This document shows positions 1-6,649 of a DNA stretch of 64,000 nucleotides, in pieces; position 1 is the stretch's first letter, and the number at the start of each line of letters is the position of its first letter. The stretch lies in the sequence record MN988561.1; one strand, written 5' to 3'. Under the pieces are notes generated by a model. It saw only the letters and a list, made by a program, of their open reading frames with translations. It was not told where the DNA came from and did no database searches. Both the position numbers and the translations under genes were made by a program.

Positions 1-186
1 GGAAGCTGGGAAGTTCCTGATGGTGAAGACGATGATGGAGACTACGACTTTGAAGTCTTGACATCTAAATCGTCTAAGTCACTTCAGAACATTGTTGAGC
101 CTATCATTAAGAAATATCCAAGTCTAGATATCTACTATCAAACTGGAGAGAAGAATTATATTACTGTTCATGCTACTGTAAAGTAG
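1..186 (+). CDS. C-terminal part of a hypothetical protein running in from upstream
   Basis: Frame 1 is open from base 1 (GSWEVPDGEDDDGDYDF...VHATVK) to TAG at 184-186, just before the tRNA. Confidence 0.6.
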   Translation, partial: GSWEVPDGEDDDGDYDFEVLTSKSSKSLQNIVEPIIKKYPSLDIYYQTGEKNYITVHATVK

Positions 187-196
187 TTGACAGTAT

Positions 197-281
197 GTCG
201 GTATGGCGGAATTGGTAGACGCCCTGGTTTTAGGTACCAGTGTCGAAAGACGTGTAGGTTCGAGTCCTATTACCGACACCA
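197..281 (+). tRNA. trnL: tRNA-Leu(UAG), class II, CCA encoded
   Basis: GTCGGTA/TACCGAC acceptor, D-loop GAATTGGTAGAC, CTGGT-TT TAG GT-ACCAG anticodon arm, long variable arm, GTAGG-TTCGAGT-CCTAT T-arm, ACCA end. Confidence 0.95.
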
Positions 282-287
282 AATTAT

Positions 288-422
288 GACTTGATGTTGC
301 GAAAGAAATGGTTACTTCGTATTCCAAACGAGAAATGTAGGTATCGAATCCTGCTATCCTAATAGGATATCGTCTAAGATAGGACGCTAAAATTTCCATT
401 TCTGACACTATCTCATCAAGTC
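288..422 (+). ncRNA. Y RNA/YrlA-like unit 1 with permuted tRNA module
   Basis: Outer stem GACTTGATG/CATCAAGTC, TTGCGA...ATCT loop, inner stem AGAAATGG/CCATTTCT; cargo is T-arm GTAGG-TATCGAAT-CCTGC, then TATCCTA/TAGGATA acceptor, then D-arm GTCTAAGATAGGAC. Confidence 0.8.
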
Positions 423-430
423 TCATATTC

Positions 431-513
431 AGATCTTGACGTTGCGACTAGTATCGGATACTTCGCTTTGGTTGCTAAAAACTCCGATGCAATATACTAT
501 CTCGTCAAGATCT
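431..513 (+). ncRNA. Y RNA-like unit 2, minimal (no tRNA module)
   Basis: AGATCTTGACG/CGTCAAGATCT outer stem, TTGCGA...ATCT loop, GTATCGGA/TCCGATGC inner stem, TACTTCG motif, short apical loop. Confidence 0.75.
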
Positions 514-523
514 TTCAGTTTAT

Positions 524-668
524 CCTAACGTTGCGAATTAAACAGTTACTTCGATATCAAGCAGAAGGTCAATGGTTCGAATCCATTCATGCGACACGCG
601 TTGCATGTAGCTCAGTTGGTTAGAGCGTCCGCCACCACAAGATCTGTTTAAGTCATTATCTCGTTAGG
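524..668 (+). ncRNA. Y RNA/YrlA-like unit 3 with permuted tRNA module
   Basis: CCTAACG/CGTTAGG and TTAAACAG/CTGTTTAA stems; AATGG-TTCGAAT-CCATT T-arm precedes CATGCGA/TTGCATG acceptor and GCTC-AGTTGGTTA-GAGC D-arm. Confidence 0.85.
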
Positions 669-677
669 TCCTTATAA

Positions 678-822
678 CCTAGTGTTGCGATCGGTACAAC
701 TTCATCGCATTGTAAGCCCTGTGTCATTGGTTCAAATCCAATTCCTCCGTCCATCTATCGGAGGATAGCTCAGTCTGGTAGAGCAAGGAAAGTATGTTGT
801 ATCAATATACCATCTCACTAGG
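678..822 (+). ncRNA. Y RNA/YrlA-like unit 4 with permuted tRNA (Thr-UGU-like)
   Basis: CCTAGTG/CACTAGG and GGTACAAC/GTTGTATC stems; ATTGG-TTCAAAT-CCAAT T-arm; TCCTCCG-TCCA-TCTAT-CGGAGGA acceptor; GCTC-AGTCTGGTA-GAGC D-arm. Confidence 0.85.
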
Positions 823-828
823 ATCCTT

Positions 829-960
829 ATCTCATCCACCAACCTCGGTGTAAGAGTGGAAAGAGTTACGTGATCGTATGAGAATACGATCACAGTCATT
901 TAGGTCATGTACCATGTGTACAAGGATCATTCGAAGGTGCTCGTCATCTTCAGCAAATAA
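829..960 (+). other. Structured spacer that does not follow the array scaffold
   Basis: GTGATCGTAT-GAGA-ATACGATCAC perfect 10-bp GNRA hairpin, plus TCCAC/GTGGA and TGTAC/GTACA stems; no GTTGCGA. Confidence 0.4.
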
Positions 961-1104
961 TGTAGAGTTGCGAATATATCAAGTTCATCGCTTACCATAT
1001 ACCAAGCGGGTAGCTCAGTGGTTAGAGCACTAGGATGTAACAGTCGTAGAGGTCGTCGGTTCGAATCCGACTCTAACTTCTTGATATAGACTTATCTCTC
1101 TACA
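961..1104 (+). ncRNA. Y RNA-like unit 5, tRNA module opened within the acceptor stem
   Basis: TGTAGAG/CTCTACA and TATATCAAG/CTTGATATA stems; CGCTT-ACCA-linker-AAGCGGG, then D-arm, distorted anticodon arm and GTCGG-TTCGAAT-CCGAC T-arm. Confidence 0.8.
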
Positions 1105-1113
1105 ACTTTTATA

Positions 1114-1248
1114 TGTACTGTTGCGACTAATACGGTTACTTCGTTGCAAATGAAACATAGGTTCGAATCCTATCCAGAGGATTGTCGTAAGATGACATCT
1201 GGCTGAGCATTGGTGAGCTCATCTCCGTATTAACTACATCTCAGTACA
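1114..1248 (+). ncRNA. Y RNA/YrlA-like unit 6 with permuted tRNA (Cys-GCA-like)
   Basis: TGTACTG/CAGTACA and TAATACGG/CCGTATTA stems; TTGCAAA loop; ATAGG-TTCGAAT-CCTAT T-arm; CCAGA/TCTGG acceptor; GAGC-ATTGGTGA-GCTC D-arm. Confidence 0.85.
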
Positions 1249-1258
1249 ATTACAATTC

Positions 1259-1415
1259 GTACCGTTGCGAATGATATGAATACATCGCTGTAGAACCGAC
1301 GTCGTAAGACATGCTAGTTCAAGTCTAGCTCTCCGTCCCAATACTATGACGGAGATGGTGAAATTGGTAGACACATCGGTAGATAAATCTTCATATCGGC
1401 TTACAATCTCGGTAT
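1259..1415 (+). ncRNA. Y RNA/YrlA-like unit 7 with permuted class II tRNA (Leu/Tyr-like)
   Basis: GTACCG/CGGTAT and GATATGAA/TTCATATC stems; variable arm CGTCGTAAGACAT; GCTAG-TTCAAGT-CTAGC T-arm; TCTCCGT-CCCA...ACGGAGA acceptor; GTGAAATTGGTAGACAC D-arm. Confidence 0.85.
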
Positions 1416-1424
1416 ATCTTAGAC

Positions 1425-1449
1425 GCTATGTTGCGATAGTCCTCATAGC
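1425..1449 (+). promoter_or_regulatory. Minimal TTGCGA hairpin in the Ro60 leader (candidate autoregulatory site)
   Basis: GCTATG-TTGCGA-TAGTCCT-CATAGC lies about 8 nt before the AGGGA SD-like sequence and 20 nt before the ATG at 1470. Confidence 0.5.
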
Positions 1450-1469
1450 ATTATCATAGGGAAAATGTC

Positions 1470-3038
1470 ATGGCTTCGATCAATAATAAGTCAGTTGCTA
1501 ATCTTGCACGTACGGTTGCTCCTAAGGCAGTTGTAGCACCTCGTACATTCACTGGTTTATCTCATAACATTCGTAACAATAATGGTGCGATGGCGTATGA
1601 TATCACTCCTATCGAGCAATTGAGACGTACTGTTCTCTCTTGCATGCTCTGGGAGGATTCTGCATATGAGTCTGGTGAACAGATTGCTAATCGTATTGAA
1701 AGATTGATCGGAGAGTGTGATCCCTCTGATGTAGCACATCTTGCTCGTGAAGCAAGACATATCATGAAGCTACGTCATGTTCCTCTCTTTATGTGCATCA
1801 CGATGCTGAAGTATCCCGAACATAAGAAATATGTTCGTAAGACACTCGCATCAGTTATTGAGCGTCCTGATGAGCTTGGTCAAGCTCTCGCTCTCTACTG
1901 GAAGGATGCTCTTTCTCCTGCTCGTACTACTGAAGATACTGAAATCGGACCTCGAGTTACTTACGTTTCTCAGAGAAAGTCTGATCTGAATCTTCCTCTC
2001 CAACTACGTAGAGGTCTTGAAGATGCTCTACAGAAGTTTGACTCTTATCAGTTGAAGAAGTACCTTATGAAGGACAAGCCTGTCTCTATGGCTGACATTC
2101 TTCGTATCGTCCACCCTAAGGGTAAGACTGATGAGATCAAAGCTACCTATGGCGAAATCGTCAAGGGTACTGCTACTGCACCTGATACATGGGAGTCTCG
2201 TCTCTCATCTTCTGGTAGATCTGAGAAAGCTACAATCTTCACAGATATGCTCGAACGTAACAAATTAGGTGCAATGGCTCTACTGAAGAATCTGCGTGGT
2301 ATGACTGAGGCTGGTGTTGATACCAATCTTATTAATACTGCGATTCAGAAGATGAATACTGAACGTGTTCTTCCTTTCAGATTCCTCACAGCTGCTCGTC
2401 ATGCTCCTCAGTTCAAGTCTAGTCTCGGTGAGGCTATGCTAAAATCTCTGAAGGACATTCAGAATCTGCCTGGTCATACAGTACTACTGATTGACATCTC
2501 AGGTAGTATGGGTGGACGTATTTCAGGTAAGTCTGATCTGAGACGTATTGATGCTGCAGCTGCTATTGCTATCATGTTGAAGGAAATTTGTCAGTCTTCT
2601 GATATGTTTGTCTTCAATTATGGTACGTATCAAGTACGTAACGATAACGTCTTCTGCGTGAATCAACCTACTGCTAACAATCACGGATACTCCAGGATTG
2701 TTGAGAGTACGAGGATCTACAATTACGAAGAAGATGCTGTAGTGAAGAGAGGATTTGATCTATCAGATCTTATCGTCAATTCAGTAGTTGGTGGAACTGA
2801 TCTCCAGCAAGCTGTCAGTTACATCAATAATACTGTAGAGTATGATCGTATGATTATCTTTACAGATGACGAATCATCTACTGTTCCGCCAGCTCCTAGA
2901 GGTCTTTCCTATTCGATCAATGTATCGACTGGAAACTATGGAGTGACGTACGGTGATTATGTCCACATCAACGGATTCTCTGAAGGTGTGATCGGCTATG
3001 TCACTGAGTACGACAAGTACGTGAAGAGTCAGAATTAA
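1470..3038 (+). CDS. rsr: TROVE-domain RNA-binding protein (Ro60/Rsr ortholog) with C-terminal vWA domain
   Basis: EQLRRTVLSCMLWED, TWESRLS, LGAMALLKNLRGM, VLPFRF TROVE motifs; MIDAS DISGS...GGTD...FTDDE. Confidence 0.93.
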   Translation: MASINNKSVANLARTVAPKAVVAPRTFTGLSHNIRNNNGAMAYDITPIEQLRRTVLSCMLWEDSAYESGEQIANRIERLIGECDPSDVAHLAREARHIMKLRHVPLFMCITMLKYPEHKKYVRKTLASVIERPDELGQALALYWKDALSPARTTEDTEIGPRVTYVSQRKSDLNLPLQLRRGLEDALQKFDSYQLKKYLMKDKPVSMADILRIVHPKGKTDEIKATYGEIVKGTATAPDTWESRLSSSGRSEKATIFTDMLERNKLGAMALLKNLRGMTEAGVDTNLINTAIQKMNTERVLPFRFLTAARHAPQFKSSLGEAMLKSLKDIQNLPGHTVLLIDISGSMGGRISGKSDLRRIDAAAAIAIMLKEICQSSDMFVFNYGTYQVRNDNVFCVNQPTANNHGYSRIVESTRIYNYEEDAVVKRGFDLSDLIVNSVVGGTDLQQAVSYINNTVEYDRMIIFTDDESSTVPPAPRGLSYSINVSTGNYGVTYGDYVHINGFSEGVIGYVTEYDKYVKSQN

Positions 3039-3045
3039 GTAGTGA

Positions 3046-3073
3046 GAATTGGGAGTGAAATACCTCCCAATTC
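3046..3073 (+). terminator. Hairpin after the TROVE gene (terminator or processing site)
   Basis: GAATTGGGAG/CTCCCAATTC 10-bp stem followed by CATTTAT. Confidence 0.55.
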
Positions 3074-3086
3074 CATTTATCTAAAT

Positions 3087-3170
3087 GCCCACTTGATGGA
3101 ATTGGTAGACATAAGGCACTTAAAATGCCTAGCTTAATGCGTACCGGTTCGAGTCCGGTAGTGGGTACCA
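3087..3170 (+). tRNA. trnL: tRNA-Leu(UAA), CCA encoded
   Basis: GCCCACT/AGTGGGT acceptor, AGGCA-CT TAA AA-TGCCT anticodon arm, long variable arm, ACCGG-TTCGAGT-CCGGT T-arm, ACCA. Confidence 0.95.
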
Positions 3171-3288
3171 TCAAACTCAACCCCAAAATCACCTAGCCAA
3201 ACTCATTATAAATCATAGGCTTCATGAAGAGACCGATGTATCAGATAAGCTGACAAGCTATCTTGATTTCGTAGAAGGGATTCTCAAC

Positions 3289-3462
3289 ATGCCTAGTCTT
3301 GACTTTGCACAGATAGTACCTGTTGAAGCGACTATTCTGAAAATTGTAGTCATGCCAAAGGATGGGACTTGTTCAGTCTGGTATAGTATTCGCAACACTG
3401 TACATAAGACTGATCTAATCAGAGAAGAAGACAAATGGACGAGAGTAGTAACAGTACATTAG
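3289..3462 (+). CDS. Possible small hypothetical protein (reading frame is open further upstream without an ATG)
   Basis: MPSLDFAQIVPVEATILKIVVMPKDGTCSVWYSIRNTVHK...; overlaps the next gene start. Confidence 0.3.
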   Translation: MPSLDFAQIVPVEATILKIVVMPKDGTCSVWYSIRNTVHKTDLIREEDKWTRVVTVH

Positions 3463-3686
3463 ATGAGTTAGATATCCGTATCTGGATTGCCCTATCTAAC
3501 TTAAAAAGTGCTGTTAATGCTAAAATGAAAGATAGAGGTATATCAAACTATCTTGTTGATCTGAACCTTAAGATCAGCGAACGAGATATTTTGACAGACG
3601 GAAAATTTCACTCTGAATTTCCCATACCTGACTACAAAGATATTGATCCTCAAATCCTGAGCGTTTACATGAGCGAGGATCGTTAG
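3435..3686 (+). CDS. Hypothetical protein
   Basis: 83-aa ORF with AGAAG upstream, followed by a terminator. Confidence 0.6.
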   Translation: MDESSNSTLDELDIRIWIALSNLKSAVNAKMKDRGISNYLVDLNLKISERDILTDGKFHSEFPIPDYKDIDPQILSVYMSEDR

Positions 3687-3714
3687 TCAATTAGTCAATG
3701 TATTGTAATGAATT

Positions 3715-3765
3715 AGCCTAGTTAATATTGATTCTTCGAATTAGTATTAACTAGGCTTTCTTTTT
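3715..3765 (+). terminator. Rho-independent terminator
   Basis: 20-bp stem AGCCTAGTTAATATTGATTC/GAATTAGTATTAACTAGGCT (G-U pairs on the + strand) followed by TTCTTTTT. Confidence 0.8.
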
Positions 3766-3834
3766 GTCCGATAGGTTCAGTTACGCATTATAAGGGATTC
3801 TTTCTTGAAGAAGGTTCCCTCTTGGAGAAGTTAG

Positions 3835-5733
3835 ATGCTAGAATTTGCAGGTAAGTATGAAGATCTGAAGGGTATCGTACCCTCGTCTGTTCATACGATT
3901 GAGGATCTGGAGAATCAGGTCATCGCATGGGCTAAGGCCTATTACGAGAAAGAATCAGAGTTGATTTCTGATGAAGAATTCAATCTCGTTACAGAATATA
4001 TTGCAGAATTCTATCCTAATAGTCTCGTCTTGAAGACTGGATGGGGCTATAGACCTGAAGCTACCGACCATCTTCAGGAGTATCCTCACAAGATTCACGC
4101 TGGATCTCTTGCTAAGATCAAGTATGCGGACGTTAAGTCTGGTAATACGACTTATGATCCTCTATTACGATTCTCTTTGATGCCTAAGGGTGATGGAGGT
4201 AGTGTCGTTGCATACTACCACGAAGGCCTCCTGGAAAGAGCTTTGTCTCGAGGAGATGGAAATGTAGGTCTCGACATCACGAAGAATCTGGTAGCATCTG
4301 GATCTCTTCCTACCAAGATCGAGAACAAGAATATCGAATGGGTACGAGCAGAGTTGATGCTTACCTGGACTGACTATGAAGCTATCGGAGGTAAGCATCC
4401 TCGTAACAAGGCAGTAGGACTTAGTCAGTCTGAGAATGCTGATCCTGAAGAACTAGCATGCTTGAAGTTCGTAGCTTATCAGTCTAATCTAGACTTCGAC
4501 TTCGGTATGGAATTGACTCTTCTCAGGAATCTTGGATTCACAACTGTCAATCATGTCGAGATGAACTGGTCTGAATTCCTTCAGAAGATTGACGATCAAG
4601 TATTCCTAAAGTTATTGAATGAAGATTATCCAACGGATGGTCTTGTCCTTCGATTCAGTGACGATGCTGCAATCGCATTCAAGTTTCCTGATGAACGAGT
4701 TAAGACTAAGATCAAAGACATTGAATGGAATCTGTCGAGAACTGGTCGTATGGTTCCTAAGGCAATCCTGGAACCTGTCAATCTAGCAGGAGCTACGATT
4801 TCCAGAGCGACCTTGAACAACTATGAGTACTTGACTGAACTAGGATGCGGTCCAGGATCTGAAGTTGAGATCATTCGATCTAATCTGATTATCCCTAAGA
4901 TTGTGAAGGTTCTGAATAAGGAACCTGCGAGACGACCACTTGTATGCAATAGATGCTATGAGGTATTGGAGGTCGTAAAGACTGATTTGATGTGCGTCAA
5001 TGAAATGTGCGCATGTCGAGTTATGTCGTCAGTCAATCGTCTCTTTTCATTGACGAAACCTGACGGTATCGGTGGTAGTGCTTGTACGACTCTCGTTAAT
5101 GGTCTTGCAATCGATAGTTGGGAGACTGCTAAGTCAAGACTCATAGATCAAGACGTAACTGGTTTGGATAAGATCTTCGGTACAAAGACTGAGACTAAGA
5201 TTCAGGAAATGATCTCGAAGATCAAGAGTCTGAATCAGATAATCACTGTCAAAGGTGCACTTTATCTCGCGAATATTCCTAAGCTTGGTAATTCGAGTAC
5301 AGGACCTATCGCTGAGAATGTCTCAGTGGATGAATTCTTGACTGCTATTCGTGAAGATGAGATTCCTGTTTCATGGAAGCAGTACTGTGCATCTGAACCT
5401 GCATTCAACAATCTTCGTAAGTCGATTCAACGAATTCGACTGATATTAGACTTCCTTAATTGGAAGGTCAATGCTGTAGTGAAAGTTGAGAAAGTAGAAA
5501 CTCGTCTGAAGTACTGCATGACAGGAACATTTAGTAAGAAGAGATCTGAGCTACAAACTGAGTTCTCTAAGTTAGGTCTTGAATTCGTCGATGTCAAGAA
5601 AGCTCAAGTCTTGATGTGGGATGGAGAAGATCAGAAGAATAAGTATCATACTGCCAAGAAGCTCGGGATTGAGATTATCTCCGAGAAGGAATTCAGAAGT
5701 CGATATGTCCAATCAGAAGAAGCCATCGTATAA
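3835..5733 (+). CDS. ligA: NAD-dependent DNA ligase
   Basis: YY..ISDEEF domain Ia, KGDG motif I, PTDGLV, AIAFKF, SRTG OB fold, Cys4 zinc finger, C-terminal BRCT-like segment. Confidence 0.92.
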   Translation: MLEFAGKYEDLKGIVPSSVHTIEDLENQVIAWAKAYYEKESELISDEEFNLVTEYIAEFYPNSLVLKTGWGYRPEATDHLQEYPHKIHAGSLAKIKYADVKSGNTTYDPLLRFSLMPKGDGGSVVAYYHEGLLERALSRGDGNVGLDITKNLVASGSLPTKIENKNIEWVRAELMLTWTDYEAIGGKHPRNKAVGLSQSENADPEELACLKFVAYQSNLDFDFGMELTLLRNLGFTTVNHVEMNWSEFLQKIDDQVFLKLLNEDYPTDGLVLRFSDDAAIAFKFPDERVKTKIKDIEWNLSRTGRMVPKAILEPVNLAGATISRATLNNYEYLTELGCGPGSEVEIIRSNLIIPKIVKVLNKEPARRPLVCNRCYEVLEVVKTDLMCVNEMCACRVMSSVNRLFSLTKPDGIGGSACTTLVNGLAIDSWETAKSRLIDQDVTGLDKIFGTKTETKIQEMISKIKSLNQIITVKGALYLANIPKLGNSSTGPIAENVSVDEFLTAIREDEIPVSWKQYCASEPAFNNLRKSIQRIRLILDFLNWKVNAVVKVEKVETRLKYCMTGTFSKKRSELQTEFSKLGLEFVDVKKAQVLMWDGEDQKNKYHTAKKLGIEIISEKEFRSRYVQSEEAIV

Positions 5734-6649
5734 AAAGACTTATGAGATTCTAGATCCTAATGATCCTCCTACTCTAGCTAAAGAGACGGAGGATCATTAT
5801 GTATTCTATTGTCCTAATTGTGTTGAGAAAAGAGGAAAGCCTGACAAAGATGGTAGGCTTTATTGGAGTAAGCCTAAGCAGGTAGGCTACTGCTTCAAAT
5901 GCGTCACTTCATTCTTTCCTGCAGCAGATGAAAATCTGACTCCTGAGGAGAATGAGCTCTTCCATATGATTGGACGAACTCTTTCAAAGATGGATAAAGA
6001 CGAGTCAATCGTTGATCCTCCACCTATGGACTTCTCATTCGATGCCCTGGATTACGATCTTCTTACTTATTTGAAGAATCGTAATCCATTTTTGCCGTCT
6101 CTAGTGAAATTGCTCGGATGTAGAGCGTGGTATGGCAAGATTAATGGCGTAGCATTTCCATTTATCTACAAAGATTACGTAGGTAAATTCCAGGTCCGAT
6201 TTGATACCAAGATCAAGGATAAGAGATATTATACATCTCCTGGCAAGGACAAGCTACCGTACTCTCCTACAGGTCTGTTCACTGACTTCAAGTTGAGAGA
6301 TGAACCTACAATCACAATCTGTGAAGGTGTATTCGATGCTATTGCATTGATGATTCTTGGTTATCCTAATCCAATAGCTGTTCTAGGTAAGACATTGACA
6401 GCATTCCAAATCAGACTGTTGAGAACTATGATGCCTTCTAATGCATTCGTAGTAATGGATGATTGGGAGATCTCAAAGGCTATTAAAGGTCAGTTGATGA
6501 GCAATGTAATCTCAATGGAAGATGTTCGAATCGTTTCATACGGTGACGACGTTGATCCTGAAGAGTACCTAGTTGAAGAGATTAAGGATCCTGAGAAATT
6601 CAAAGTATACGCTAGTAATGTCGCAGAGATTATCAAAACGTATTCATAA
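5705..6649 (+). CDS. DNA primase (zinc finger + TOPRIM); start moved to MSNQ
   Basis: CPNC...CFKC zinc-binding domain, ICEGVFDA and VMDD TOPRIM motifs. Confidence 0.85.
   Translation: MSNQKKPSYKKTYEILDPNDPPTLAKETEDHYVFYCPNCVEKRGKPDKDGRLYWSKPKQVGYCFKCVTSFFPAADENLTPEENELFHMIGRTLSKMDKDESIVDPPPMDFSFDALDYDLLTYLKNRNPFLPSLVKLLGCRAWYGKINGVAFPFIYKDYVGKFQVRFDTKIKDKRYYTSPGKDKLPYSPTGLFTDFKLRDEPTITICEGVFDAIALMILGYPNPIAVLGKTLTAFQIRLLRTMMPSNAFVVMDDWEISKAIKGQLMSNVISMEDVRIVSYGDDVDPEEYLVEEIKDPEKFKVYASNVAEIIKTYS

Noticed and set aside
187-215. TTGACA as a sigma70 -35 box for the array
   Set aside because: No -10 element at 16-18 nt, and the implied start would fall inside the tRNA.
296-302. TTGC in each unit as a sigma54 -12 element
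   Set aside because: No GG at the -24 position, and the flanks pair as RNA stems.
124-426. 100-aa - strand ORF
   Set aside because: It lies antisense to the tRNA-Leu and unit 1, with no SD or recognisable motif.
288-1415. CRISPR array or direct-repeat array
   Set aside because: Only 5-8-nt motifs recur, spacing is irregular (83-157 nt) and the conservation is structural. There are no identical 25-40-nt repeats and no cas operon.
288-1415. Functional permuted tRNA genes that are spliced into decoding tRNAs
   Set aside because: Re-joined anticodon stems are mismatched or missing in units 1, 4 and 6, there is no BHB motif, and unit 7 has conflicting identity elements. tRNA mimicry fits better, although unit 7 could be tested.
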